Source: Dehalococcoidia bacterium (lineage in GTDB: Bacteria > Chloroflexota > Dehalococcoidia > UBA6926). Taken from it: a stretch of DNA of 64,000 nucleotides. Both the position numbers and the translations under genes were made by a program. This document shows, piece after piece, positions 1-9,771 of this stretch. The stretch covers positions 128,001 through 192,000 of the forward strand of contig CAXXET010000008.1 in NCBI GenBank assembly GCA_963666115.2, given 5' to 3'. Under the pieces are notes generated by a model. It saw only the letters and a list, made by a program, of their open reading frames with translations. It did no database searches and had not been told where the DNA came from. Every line of letters begins with the position of its first letter. The stretch's first letter is position 1.

Positions 1-654
1 GTCTTTCGTCCCCCACCGCCTGAGGCCGTGGGACCGCTCATGACGGAATTGGTGGAATGGCTGAACACGGTGGGCCGCCAGCACAGCGTATACGTGCGCG
101 CGGCGCTGGCCCACCTGAACTTTGTGGCTATTCACCCGTTTGGCGACGGGAACGGCAGAACCGGCCGCATCCTGGAGGCGCTGCTGTTCTACGCCGAGGG
201 CTACATGTCCCATGAACTCATCTCATTGGAGGAGTTCTTTGGCCGCGAGACGCAGGCCTACTATATGGCTCTCAATTCGTCGCTCGGCCCCGTGTATCGA
301 CCAGAGGAAGTGGATGTGTCTCGTTGGGTCAACTACTACGTGCACGCCCACTTCACGCAGGCCACCGCCGCCGTCGGAAGACAGGAGAAGGTTGCTGCTC
401 AGGTCAGTGCTCTTGCTGCCGCGTTCAACCTTGAGCAAGCGCAAGCACTCGCCCTCTACCTTGCCTGCACGGACGGCTCCATCACAAACAGCAGCTATCG
501 TGACTTGGCGGGGGTGTCAAACCAAACGGCAGTCCAGCATCTCACCAGACTGGTCGACCAGGGCGTACTGCGTCGGACGGGAGGCGGGCGCGCCACGCGG
601 TATGAACCCACCGAGCGCGTTCGTGATGTGTTTGAGTCCGCCACGCCAACGTAG
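1..654 (+). CDS. Fic-domain protein with C-terminal HTH (5' end outside window)
   Basis: Canonical Fic motif HPFGDGNGRTGR; C-terminal wHTH-like ITNSSYRDLAGVSNQTAVQHL; frame open to the window edge. Confidence 0.9.
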   Translation, partial: VFRPPPPEAVGPLMTELVEWLNTVGRQHSVYVRAALAHLNFVAIHPFGDGNGRTGRILEALLFYAEGYMSHELISLEEFFGRETQAYYMALNSSLGPVYRPEEVDVSRWVNYYVHAHFTQATAAVGRQEKVAAQVSALAAAFNLEQAQALALYLACTDGSITNSSYRDLAGVSNQTAVQHLTRLVDQGVLRRTGGGRATRYEPTERVRDVFESATPT

Positions 655-696
655 CTTCCGCTGAGCCGCTACGGCGACCATTCGCTCAACGAGGAT

Positions 697-728
697 GTCC
701 CCGCCCCTCCGCTTGGAGGGGCGGGGAC
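697..728. terminator. Perfect hairpin between convergent genes (probable terminator)
   Basis: gtccccgcccctcc-gctt-ggaggggcggggac, 14-bp stem between the Fic and MaoC stop codons. Confidence 0.55.
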
Positions 729-761
729 GCTTGCCGTCCGAGTATCTGAGTCGAGTGCCAG

Positions 762-1853
762 TTAGCCCTTGGTGGGGAGGGTGGCTATTACCGGGCCGGG
801 GCCTACGGAGGTGTTGCCGTTGGTGGAGAGGACGGAGGTGAGCTCCAGCTCGACGAGGTTCTCGCCGTTCTCCTGCCACTTGCGCTTGACCGTGCCGCCC
901 GTGACGACGGTGTCGCCGACGGTGCTGAAGACGCGCATGCGGAAGGAGCCGATCTGCTTGATCGCGCCGCCCAGCCCGATGAACTCTCGCGCGACGCGCT
1001 CCCACATGCCGTTGTGGAAGTAGTTCATGGCGTACATGTCCGCCGCGCCGCCCTCCTGCGCCACGTGGGTGTTGTGGTGGATGGCGTTGAAATCGCGGTT
1101 CGCGCCCGCGGCCATGACCATGCGCTGGATGGTCAGCGGGTAGTGGACGGCGGGCACCTCATCGCCCTCGTTCACGTCCTCCCAGTAGCGCTGGAAGTCC
1201 CAGTCGATGGCCGGGTTGGCGCGGGGCTCGATGGCGCGCGCGGGCTTCTCGGCGTCGCCGCCACCGGAGGCGGCTGCGGCAGCGGCCTGCGGGTTGGGGA
1301 TGTAGGTGTAGCTGACCATGATCTGGCGGCCAACAGGCTCGCCATCCTGGTTGTTCCAGTAGTACTCGTAGCGGAGGAACGCGCCGTCGCCGACTCGCGT
1401 CTTGCGCGGGTTGACGTCGAGCAGCACCTGGGATACCTGCGAGACGCGGTCGCCGAGGTAGAGCGGCCTCAGCGTCTCGACCTCGAGGTCCGTAACGAAG
1501 CCGGCGGTGCCGGGCGACGGGACTTGCAGGGTCTTGCCCGCGCGGCCCGTGCCGGAGTTGCTGTAGTGCGGGTCGTCCGTCGGCCAGATGGAGCCCATCC
1601 CCGGCTCCCACATGGAGCCCTGTTGGAAGACCTGGATCATGTGGGCGGGGGCGAAGATGCCCTCGTAGCCGTACCTGCGCGCGACGGCCTCATCGAAGTG
1701 CAGCGGGCAGTCGAACTCCAGCGTTTCCATCTGGCGGCGGATGCCGCTCTGCTCGACGGCGTCGATGCCGGTCTTCGGCTCGAGCATGATGTCCTTGCCG
1801 AGGAATTCCCGCGTTGGGCCCCATTCCAGTTCCGAGTCGTTGTTTGAGGTCAT
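762..1853 (-). CDS. Double hot-dog MaoC/FAS1-like dehydratase
   Basis: N-terminal CPLHFDEAVARRYGYEGIFAP and C-terminal AGANRDFNAIHHN MaoC motifs; start taken at MTSNND. Confidence 0.8.
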   Translation of the reverse strand: MTSNNDSELEWGPTREFLGKDIMLEPKTGIDAVEQSGIRRQMETLEFDCPLHFDEAVARRYGYEGIFAPAHMIQVFQQGSMWEPGMGSIWPTDDPHYSNSGTGRAGKTLQVPSPGTAGFVTDLEVETLRPLYLGDRVSQVSQVLLDVNPRKTRVGDGAFLRYEYYWNNQDGEPVGRQIMVSYTYIPNPQAAAAAASGGGDAEKPARAIEPRANPAIDWDFQRYWEDVNEGDEVPAVHYPLTIQRMVMAAGANRDFNAIHHNTHVAQEGGAADMYAMNYFHNGMWERVAREFIGLGGAIKQIGSFRMRVFSTVGDTVVTGGTVKRKWQENGENLVELELTSVLSTNGNTSVGPGPVIATLPTKG

Positions 1854-2053
1854 TGTCTTCTCCTTACCCCTTAGCCCTTGTTCTGCCTGTGGCGCGCCTC
1901 GACGCGCCGGACAGGGCAATAGTGGCGTATTGCGCGTTCCCGCGCAAGTGGATGGCGACAGGACGTCGTGAAGAGCGACCAGTAGGTATACTTAAGCTGG
2001 GAATATGTGCGGGCTACTCTGGGCCCAACCGGCAGCCCGAAAGGATGGGATGG

Positions 2054-2737
2054 ATGAATACTGAAGCTCGGCCGAAAAGGCAATCTCACTCATTTGAGGT
2101 CAACGCTATTCTGTGGGTCGCCAAGGCTTCGGAAGAACAGATACGAGGGTTCTTTGTCGACACTGTGGGTGTCAAGAAGAACCGTCTGCAATCAGACCTG
2201 CACCTAACTGTCTACCATGGACGGAGGGTGTTGCCTACACTCACCGAACAGGATGAAGCCGTAACCATCACTCTGCCTACTGTGGAGACACGGTTCATGG
2301 TACTAGCGCCAGGAGGGGAAAATCCGCGTGCTGATCTAGATCTCAATTCTCTTCCGGTAGGAATTCGGCTTACCAAACGAAATTCGGCTATTCATGTCAT
2401 CCAAGATTTGCGCCGCCAAATCTACAGCAGGGAGAATAAGAGGGTTTTGGGTCAGCGCTCTCCTACCACAGCATGGAGAAACGCCTTCGGTTCCCGACAC
2501 TATCAACCGCACATACAACTACTGAAGCCTTGGCACAAGATCAGTGCCCAACTGACCGAGTTCGGAGAACTGTTTAGGTCACAGGTTGATGTCATTGAAT
2601 TTGACAGATTCCAAATTGCAGCAAGGCACAGGATCAATGGAAAGTGGGTGAAGGGTAGCATGACATCTTTGCCTGAGTCCGGCTATCCTGCTCTCACAGA
2701 TGAACAGGCAGATCGGTTGCGGGAGCGGCGGCGATGA
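2054..2737 (+). CDS. Putative 2H-phosphoesterase superfamily protein
   Basis: Two spaced HxT-like motifs, DLHLTV and YQPHIQL; lower GC than core genes; start taken at MNTEAR. Confidence 0.5.
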   Translation: MNTEARPKRQSHSFEVNAILWVAKASEEQIRGFFVDTVGVKKNRLQSDLHLTVYHGRRVLPTLTEQDEAVTITLPTVETRFMVLAPGGENPRADLDLNSLPVGIRLTKRNSAIHVIQDLRRQIYSRENKRVLGQRSPTTAWRNAFGSRHYQPHIQLLKPWHKISAQLTEFGELFRSQVDVIEFDRFQIAARHRINGKWVKGSMTSLPESGYPALTDEQADRLRERRR

Positions 2738-3050
2738 CCAGGGCAAGCCAATTGAACTACTGCCCGGGGCGGTGCAAGATGCCCGCGCCTTCCTTCGTAG
2801 CGAAGGCGAGACGTATCGGCGGATTCAACGGGTCACAGAATTGATTAACGGCTTTGAGACCCCTACGGGCCTCGAACTTCTCACCACCGTTCATTGGGTT
2901 GCCAAGCACGACGGCGCGGACACGCCCGAGAAGGCCGTCCAGGCCACCTATGCCTGGAACGAGCGCAAACGACAGTTCACTGAACGGCATATCCGCATCG
3001 CCTTTGAGCGGCTGGAGGAGCAGGGCTGGCTGTCGCCATCGACTACGTAG
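2720..3050 (+). pseudogene. darG: C-terminal fragment of a DarG-like macrodomain antitoxin
   Basis: GGDDQGKPIELLPGA...INGFETPTGLELLTTVHWV...WNERKRQF resembles the DarG C-terminal region; no macrodomain and no darT nearby. Confidence 0.6.
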
Positions 3051-3609
3051 CGAGTGGGCCGCCGGACGGCCACCCTAGCAAACCCCTCTCTTCAATGCCG
3101 GCGAACCATTCGACGAAATCCGGGATGAGTCTGTCGTTCGCCTTGCTTTTGTGGCCCCGGCGGGCTATCAGCCCTGTGAGATTGGCGGGGAGAGGCGGCC
3201 CGTCGCCGCCCCAATAGATGAAATCGTGGCCGATCAACACATATTGGCCGCGAAGATCGTGATCGATGTGCCTGAATGTGTGGCGAGATCGCTCCTGCTG
3301 CCATTCGCCTGATTCGTTCGTGTGGTAGATATTGTCGCCGACCACTGCGATGCCGCCCGCGCTCCTATCAGGCCGCTTGGCGTGGAAACGCTCGTCAAGC
3401 CAATAGTCGTCGAATTCCAGAATCTCATCGACTTTCATGGCATAGACAACCGTGTTGCCCAAATGCCTGCGCGCAAGCCCGACGATGTAGTCGCCCACCT
3501 TTGCGGTTCTGCGGATGGCAGGTTTGCAGCACGCGACGGTGCACACGCCATGGAACGGATTGGGCGCGAACCCATGGTCACTCGCCACGATGTAAGAATA
3601 GAGGGTCAT
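3043..3609 (-). CDS. Nucleotide modification-associated domain 2 (Nmad2)-like protein
   Basis: YSYIVASDHGFAPNPFHGVCTVACCKPAIRRTAKVGDYIVG and GDNIY signature. Confidence 0.75.
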   Translation of the reverse strand: MTLYSYIVASDHGFAPNPFHGVCTVACCKPAIRRTAKVGDYIVGLARRHLGNTVVYAMKVDEILEFDDYWLDERFHAKRPDRSAGGIAVVGDNIYHTNESGEWQQERSRHTFRHIDHDLRGQYVLIGHDFIYWGGDGPPLPANLTGLIARRGHKSKANDRLIPDFVEWFAGIEERGLLGWPSGGPLAT

Positions 3610-3667
3610 AGGTGTATCAGCCTCCTGATTCATTCTAGGGCTACAGCCCTCCGCCTGTGCGGCGTCC

Positions 3668-3685
3668 CTGCTACAATCGCGGGGC
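3668..3685 (+). repeat. 18-bp direct repeat, copy 1 (ctgctacaatcgcggggc, contains TACAAT)
   Basis: Identical to 5517-5534; the pair brackets the 585-aa gene. Confidence 0.85.
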
Positions 3686-3748
3686 GCGGGAATGACGGGG
3701 GGCCGGGGGATTGGCGGTATGCTTTTGTGGAGGTGAAAGGGGGTTGCA

Positions 3749-5506
3749 ATGATGATGAATTCCGGCGGGCGGCGCTATTCCGAGTGGTTCGCCGCGCTTA
3801 GCAATAGGCATAGCAAGGAGGTGGCGCGCTGGGCCCTCGACCATCGACGTGATGTGTCCGAGGATGCCCGCAACCACCTGAATGAGGCGATCAGCATGGA
3901 CGTCCGCCTCAACGGGTTCAGGGGGGCAAAGGCGCCCGATGCGCCAGTAGAGATCCTGGTGAATCCCGTAAGCGCTGCGGCTCGCGCGAATGGACGGGTG
4001 GCGAATGCAGTCTTTGGGGTTTGGTGGGAATCAAAGGTCGAGTTAAAACGACTGATCACGGATGCCCTCCTAAAAGACATGGGGGAACGCGAATTCAAAC
4101 TTGAGGGAGGGGAGCCAACGCAAGAGGAATTCGAGGAACACCTCAACGCGGCCGCCGACGCGGTGCTGGCAGAGAATCCATCTCTTGAGGAGCACGAGGT
4201 CCGGTTGATGGCGTATCTGACGGGAGACCAGGCCGACGTCAGCTACCGCGACTGGCTGCATGACACGACCGCTGCGGAAAACGCCATGATGGAGGAGGCG
4301 CTTGGGGAGGGGGAGCTTGTTACCTCGGCGGATGGGGAGCGGGTGTTCGCTAGCGTGATGGAGGGGATGGCCTCGCTGCCCGCCGACGCGCCGGATTGGG
4401 ACGCGCCGTTCTTCCGGCTTGCGCATCGTCTTGAGGAGTTGCGCACGGGCAAGCTGGATGAGCGGGCTGTCGTCGCATTCCTCGAGGAGCGGCTCGCCGC
4501 CATGGTTGAGAGGCACGCGGAGACGCTGCCGTTCTTCGAGTGGGACCCGGCTGAGAAGCTGTCGAATCGATCCGGGCCATGGAGCGATGCCGTCGCGCTC
4601 AGCGAGGCGGTGGATCGCCTGGAGGCGGCGCTGCATGAATTTACGCGCATCCGGGAGATGGGGGCGACTTACAGCGAGGAACGCGAGCGGGCGGATCGTC
4701 GTGTCACTCTGCAAGACGAGATTCTGACTACGCTTGAGGCCATTGAAGTCTCGGCGGCGCCGCCTTCACCGGAGGAGAGTGGGGAGAACGGCGTTGCTGT
4801 TCCTGACGCGAGCGCGGAACTTGCCCAACTCCATGAGCAGGCGGACTCGCTGCAGGAGCAGCGCGACCGGGCCGAACAGGAGCGGGATGATGCGAGGACG
4901 CGAATCGGCGAACTCGAAGCGGAGCGGGACGATGCGGCGCAGACACGCGATGACCTGCGGAAGGAGAATGATGAGCTTCGCCAGCAGAAGGCCGAACTCC
5001 AACGCAACCTGGAGAATATGCGGCTGACGTACATCGATTCCCAGCGCGCCGGCGAGTCCGGGGAGACGGTTCCTGATTTCCAGGACGTTGCCGCAGCGCT
5101 GGACTACGTTGAGGGCCGCTGGCCGGACAAACTGCGCATCGCGCTCAACAGCAGCTCTGACCGCAAGCTGGTTTTTGATCAGCCCAACCAGCTGTACACG
5201 GCGCTGGAGTGGCTTGCGACGGTTTACCGCGATGCCAGGATGGGGGAGCGGACGGACCTGAAGGAATCGCTTGCGGCGGCGTGCAATTGGGACTACGTGC
5301 CGCAACAGTCCGAGGTGACGATGGGGAAGTACCCGTCCTATTACGAGACGGTTGACGATGGCGTCACGTTCCGGCTGGAGCCGCACATCGGACGGGGGAT
5401 CAACCGCGGCACGGGGCAGATTCGCGTGGCGTTCGCGTGGGACGATGAGCGAGAGGTCGTGGTCGTCGGATACGTTGGGCGCCATCAGCACACGGACGCG
5501 AGTTGA
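3749..5506 (+). CDS. Hypothetical coiled-coil protein with C-terminal RelE-like/nuclease-like domain
   Basis: 585-aa ORF; heptad region LAQLHEQADSLQEQRDRAEQ...; C-terminal LEPHIGRG...IRVAFAWDDEREVVVVGYVGRH. Confidence 0.6.
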   Translation: MMMNSGGRRYSEWFAALSNRHSKEVARWALDHRRDVSEDARNHLNEAISMDVRLNGFRGAKAPDAPVEILVNPVSAAARANGRVANAVFGVWWESKVELKRLITDALLKDMGEREFKLEGGEPTQEEFEEHLNAAADAVLAENPSLEEHEVRLMAYLTGDQADVSYRDWLHDTTAAENAMMEEALGEGELVTSADGERVFASVMEGMASLPADAPDWDAPFFRLAHRLEELRTGKLDERAVVAFLEERLAAMVERHAETLPFFEWDPAEKLSNRSGPWSDAVALSEAVDRLEAALHEFTRIREMGATYSEERERADRRVTLQDEILTTLEAIEVSAAPPSPEESGENGVAVPDASAELAQLHEQADSLQEQRDRAEQERDDARTRIGELEAERDDAAQTRDDLRKENDELRQQKAELQRNLENMRLTYIDSQRAGESGETVPDFQDVAAALDYVEGRWPDKLRIALNSSSDRKLVFDQPNQLYTALEWLATVYRDARMGERTDLKESLAAACNWDYVPQQSEVTMGKYPSYYETVDDGVTFRLEPHIGRGINRGTGQIRVAFAWDDEREVVVVGYVGRHQHTDAS

Positions 5507-5516
5507 TGCGTGCATA

Positions 5517-5534
5517 CTGCTACAATCGCGGGGC
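5517..5534 (+). repeat. 18-bp direct repeat, copy 2 (likely -10 region of the enoyl-CoA hydratase promoter)
   Basis: Identical to 3668-3685; followed by a dRS3-like palindrome at about 5549-5571. Confidence 0.8.
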
Positions 5535-5583
5535 ACGGAAGGTTGTAGGTTCCCGCTTTCGCGGGAATGACAGGGGGTTATTA

Positions 5584-6486
5584 ATGACGACGCAAGGGAA
5601 TCGGCCGGCGGAGCCTGTGGATGATGAGAGCGGGGGGCGGCCTGTTTTGTATGAGACGGTCGAGGAGGGGAGCATCGCTGTCATTACGCTGCATCGGCCT
5701 GGGGTGCTCAATGCTATCAACGGGGCGTTGACGTCCGCGCTCACGGATTATTTGGCGCAGGCCGAGGCGGATGAGAACGTGCGCGTCGTGATCATTCGCG
5801 GGGCGGGGCGGGCGTTCTCGGCCGGCGGCGACATTACGGAGTCGTCTCGCCGCATCCTCGCCAACGATGAATCGCTGGAGCGCGCGACGCCCGGGGCGGC
5901 GCACATCGCGGTGTGGGAGCTGTCCAAGCCGGTGATCGCCGCCGTACACGGGTACGCGATCGGGCTCGCGTTCGAGCTGGCGGGGGTGTGCGATTTCACG
6001 GTGCTGGCGGAGGACGCGAAGGTGGGGGAAATCCAAATCCGGCACGGGTACGGGCCGCCGGTGCTGATGACGCCGTACGTGGTGACGCTGAAGCGGGCGA
6101 AGGAGATCCTGCTGCTGGGCGACATGGTGGACGCGCGGGAGGCGCTCGCCATGGGGCTGGTGAATCGCGTCGCGCCGGCGGACAAGGTGATGGATGAGGC
6201 GCTGTCCATCGCGCGGCGCATCGCGGCTTTGCCGGCGGCGACGGTCAGCATGAACAAGGCGCTCATCAACCGCTCGTATGAGGTTGGAGGGTTCCGGACG
6301 GCGTTGAATTATCGCGACGATGAGGCGTTTGCCGATCTGTGGGCGTCATCGCAGCAGGACGCGGAGACGCGGGAACGGCTGCAGGTGCTGCAGGACCGCG
6401 GCTGGGAGGCGTTCCGCAATGAGCGCGACGCGCGGTACCACGGTCGGACGGCGGAGGAAGAGGCGGCGGCGCGGGAGGGGGGCTAA
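5584..6486 (+). CDS. Enoyl-CoA hydratase/isomerase family protein
   Basis: ITLHRPGVLNAI, GAGRAFSAGGDI and KPVIAAVHGYAIG crotonase motifs. Confidence 0.92.
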   Translation: MTTQGNRPAEPVDDESGGRPVLYETVEEGSIAVITLHRPGVLNAINGALTSALTDYLAQAEADENVRVVIIRGAGRAFSAGGDITESSRRILANDESLERATPGAAHIAVWELSKPVIAAVHGYAIGLAFELAGVCDFTVLAEDAKVGEIQIRHGYGPPVLMTPYVVTLKRAKEILLLGDMVDAREALAMGLVNRVAPADKVMDEALSIARRIAALPAATVSMNKALINRSYEVGGFRTALNYRDDEAFADLWASSQQDAETRERLQVLQDRGWEAFRNERDARYHGRTAEEEAAAREGG

Positions 6487-6505
6487 TCCTCCCGTCATTC
6501 CTACC

Positions 6506-6658
6506 GTGGCAACAACCATCATCGGCATCGTAATCGGCGTCGCCGTCGGCCTGCTTTACGGCCTCACGGTGGGGCCGCTGTGGCTGGGGATCATGCTGGG
6601 GACGGGGCTGGGGGTGGCGTTGGTTGTTGTTTTGGAGCGGCGGGGGGTAGTAGGCTAA
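6506..6658 (+). CDS. Small two-TM membrane protein (50 aa)
   Basis: GTG start; hydrophobic IIGIVIGVAVGLLYG...LWLGIMLGTGLGVALVVVL; flanked by 11-bp direct repeat ggctaatcctc (6481-6491, 6653-6663). Confidence 0.5.
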   Translation: MATTIIGIVIGVAVGLLYGLTVGPLWLGIMLGTGLGVALVVVLERRGVVG

Positions 6659-6663
6659 TCCTC

Positions 6664-7197
6664 ATGGACGCCAAGATTGAAGTAATCCTTCTGCCGTATG
6701 ACTCATCTGAGGGTGCGAGTATGCTCGCGCGGCTGACCTCCGAGCTCAATAGCGGTGCGTGGACTCGTTTTCGAGCCGCAGTGGCGTTCGCTCGATCTTC
6801 GGGCAATGATACACAGCTAATCGAAGCACTTCAGAATTTTGCCAATCGCGGAGGTCTCATTGCGTTGACTTTTGGCGCGGATACTTTCGCAGGGGACGCC
6901 AAAGGGTCTGATTACGACGCAATCGAGCACATAGTAGCTTCGCTTGATCCCGAGGCGACGCGTGTATATCTCTACCACGAAAATGGTCGCACCTTCCATC
7001 CCAAAGTTTACTTGTTCGACAATAGTGAAGAGCAGCAAGCTCTTCTAATTGTCGGATCATCAAATTGGGGTGAAGGAGGACTAATCACGAATATCGAGGC
7101 GAACATAGTCGTTCATCTGGATCTCTCAGACGCATCGCATGCGGAACTGTACACTAGAGTAAATGACTGTTTCGCATCCTATTGGAGCGAGTCATGA
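6664..7197 (+). CDS. PLD-family (HKD) nuclease, BfiI/NgoFVII-like restriction endonuclease catalytic domain
   Basis: AVAFARSSG, TFHPKVYLFD, IVGSSNW...NIEAN. Confidence 0.85.
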   Translation: MDAKIEVILLPYDSSEGASMLARLTSELNSGAWTRFRAAVAFARSSGNDTQLIEALQNFANRGGLIALTFGADTFAGDAKGSDYDAIEHIVASLDPEATRVYLYHENGRTFHPKVYLFDNSEEQQALLIVGSSNWGEGGLITNIEANIVVHLDLSDASHAELYTRVNDCFASYWSES

Positions 7198-7955
7198 GTA
7201 TTCCCGGAACAGGTTGGGCACGCCGAGTGACCATTGCGACACTAAATGACTTCCGTACATTGCTCCGTACAGGAACGGAGCGGGCTGCCGAAACTCAAGT
7301 CGCCCCAGAGGTCGCCAGCAATGAGGCGCCGGAAGAAGGCCCTGCAGCCTCAGTACAGGGCACGGCTGATCGCGAGGTTACGGACGTCAGCACCCTGTTC
7401 GCGGGCATTTCCATTGAAGTGCCCGCTGAGTTCCACTCGCGATATTCTCGTGTACGCCCTACGGGCCCTATCACTACCCCGTCCTCTACGACCCCGCCTC
7501 CCCCACCTGTGCCCATCCGCCGTTGGTTCAAGCAAATGAGCGCGGCTGATGCGCAGAGACCGCTGGGACAGAACACAAATCCCACTGGCCACGTGACTTT
7601 GGTCAAGGCCGGGCATCCGATTCAGCAGGCCACCTGGTTTCGTCACGAGCTATTCGCTGGGCAGCGTTGGACCGAATTCGCATCGTCCAGGGGTCCACGC
7701 GAGCGCGCAACAATAACATTCCGGCTGCAGATAGACGGAGTCGAACTCGGCAACGTTGAGTTAGACGTTACTTATACTCCAAGCTTTGAAGCCCAGCAAG
7801 CTAATAGGACTACAGTTGTGCACTGGGGTCAGATGATGAATGGTCGCCTAAGAGAAAACGACTACACGAACTACTACATCACCATTGAGAGGTCAGAAGC
7901 CGGAGAATTCCTAATGGTGATTGACACTAGTCCTGCTGGGCAATTTGAAGGTTAG
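7194..7955 (+). CDS. Putative DNA-recognition subunit of the PLD restriction enzyme
   Basis: ATGA overlap with the PLD gene; Pro/Thr linker followed by a beta-rich domain (WFKQMSAADAQR...NPTGHVTL...WFRHELF). Confidence 0.5.
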   Translation: MSIPGTGWARRVTIATLNDFRTLLRTGTERAAETQVAPEVASNEAPEEGPAASVQGTADREVTDVSTLFAGISIEVPAEFHSRYSRVRPTGPITTPSSTTPPPPPVPIRRWFKQMSAADAQRPLGQNTNPTGHVTLVKAGHPIQQATWFRHELFAGQRWTEFASSRGPRERATITFRLQIDGVELGNVELDVTYTPSFEAQQANRTTVVHWGQMMNGRLRENDYTNYYITIERSEAGEFLMVIDTSPAGQFEG

Positions 7956-9715
7956 CCATGACCATTTCGGACCGCTCGCGCCGAAGTGCGCCAATGGGCC
8001 AGCGAGGCGATTCCCTCATACACAAGTTCCAGATCGGAGTCGTTAAGGCCGAGGGTTTCCTTCAGCACTACCCTATCGCCAGCCTTGTAGGCGCCTTCTA
8101 CGTCCCCCATTGCCAGATGCCGGTCAACCTCCTCCAGCCCAGCCCTCGGAGCATTCACATGGCTCACAATGCGGATGTTGCCGGTCTCTCGCGGGACCAT
8201 GATCATCACCCCGCCACCGAGCGAATGAACCTCTGTTTCGATATGGAGGAGAGTAACTGATGTGTACCAGCGGGCGGCAAAACTGGGGGCATCGATCCCG
8301 TCGAGGTAACCACATAGCAAACTGTTGGATGCAGCGATGCCATCATCGTTCACCGCCAAAATGGGGCGTTCTGTAAACACCGTCAAGACAACATCGGGGC
8401 TCTTCACATAGGGCACGATGTACCAGGGATCCCTAACCCGGCACTTGTATCTCTGATCAACGCCAAGCTGCACACCATACCTAACGTAAGCCAGATCGGA
8501 GTCACTCATGCCGGAATCGCCTGCCAAGGGGTAAAAAAGGTTGTCAATGGAAGCGTCGGGCATCCTCGATGTGTACAGCCCTGCTCCTCGAAGACTCCTG
8601 CTTGAGCTTACAGTTCGCACCAAGGACTCGTCGGTAAGCCCGAATCTGGAACGAGCATCATTCGATGGGTGGAAGAAGGACTTATCTCCGGCGATATATC
8701 CGATGTTGAAGCGAGCCATCTTTCTTGCAGGAACCGTGTTTGGCTCAATCACATGGGTCAGCAATTCCCTAAGCTCCGGCTTGATGTGCGCCCAAACAAA
8801 CGGCCTTTCGCCCTCTACAATAGCGGCAACCTCGATGTCGGCCTCCACCTCTGGTGAATCCATCAGAAAGTCCCTTATTTGCAAGTATGCACGATAGCCG
8901 ACTGTGTTGCAGGTGGCCCCTTTATTGCTCGCCATCAGGATAATTACATCCTGCAATATGTTAGGAAATACGCGTTCTCTGCTTCTAATTACTTGCAATT
9001 CCCCGAACTGCGAAGCAAGGTATGCCCATAGGGGACGCGCGTACCGTACATAGGTGGCATCAAGTGGGAGTACTAGAGCTAGTCGACCTCCACGCCGAAC
9101 AAAGGGAACAGCATGAGCCACGAAAGGCATCCACAGACTCCCGGACGGTTCCATATCGATGCCCAGTTGAGCTGAGACTGCGTCCATTGCAACCCCTGCC
9201 TCCATGGCTGTCATATGACGCAACCTGACGTAAGGAGGATTTCCAATCACGGCATCAACTTCTATGGGGTTTACTCGCAAGAAATCGTCGAGGATTGCGT
9301 CTGATGGTTGGATGACTCCAGATTCGACAGTCCGGGAAAATGCCTGCTCATCAATCTCTACTCCGATCAGCCTTGGAGGAGTCTTTTCCATTTCGGACGA
9401 CACCTTATTCAGAGCATGCAGAAACGTACCATCGCCAAAGCTTGGCTCGAGAACTGTTTGGGGAGCACTCTCCAAGACCCAGGCGGCCATGAATTCAGCG
9501 GCGGACGCCGGTGTGTAGAAGGCACCACGGCCCTGGCGCCGCGTGTGAATTATTCTACTAATGTCGCGATATGCCTCTTCGCCATCCAGACCAGTTCTGC
9601 CGATAAATGGATGCAGACCCGTAGCGGAGTCATCGCCACGCCCCAGCCCACTAATCCCGGCACGAGAGCCAATTAATCGAATTTGGGCGGGCGATCCTCC
9701 AGTCTTCTTGGCCAA
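7952..9715 (-). CDS. N6-adenine DNA methyltransferase (gamma class)
   Basis: GAFYTP, VLEPSFGDG and VIGNPPYVR motifs; convergent with the PLD nuclease. Confidence 0.9.
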   Translation of the reverse strand: MAKKTGGSPAQIRLIGSRAGISGLGRGDDSATGLHPFIGRTGLDGEEAYRDISRIIHTRRQGRGAFYTPASAAEFMAAWVLESAPQTVLEPSFGDGTFLHALNKVSSEMEKTPPRLIGVEIDEQAFSRTVESGVIQPSDAILDDFLRVNPIEVDAVIGNPPYVRLRHMTAMEAGVAMDAVSAQLGIDMEPSGSLWMPFVAHAVPFVRRGGRLALVLPLDATYVRYARPLWAYLASQFGELQVIRSRERVFPNILQDVIILMASNKGATCNTVGYRAYLQIRDFLMDSPEVEADIEVAAIVEGERPFVWAHIKPELRELLTHVIEPNTVPARKMARFNIGYIAGDKSFFHPSNDARSRFGLTDESLVRTVSSSRSLRGAGLYTSRMPDASIDNLFYPLAGDSGMSDSDLAYVRYGVQLGVDQRYKCRVRDPWYIVPYVKSPDVVLTVFTERPILAVNDDGIAASNSLLCGYLDGIDAPSFAARWYTSVTLLHIETEVHSLGGGVMIMVPRETGNIRIVSHVNAPRAGLEEVDRHLAMGDVEGAYKAGDRVVLKETLGLNDSDLELVYEGIASLAHWRTSARAVRNGHG

Positions 9716-9771
9716 GATGCGTTGCCTCCCACTAACAGAATGCGCGTTCGCTTTCAGGGACTATAGCACAT

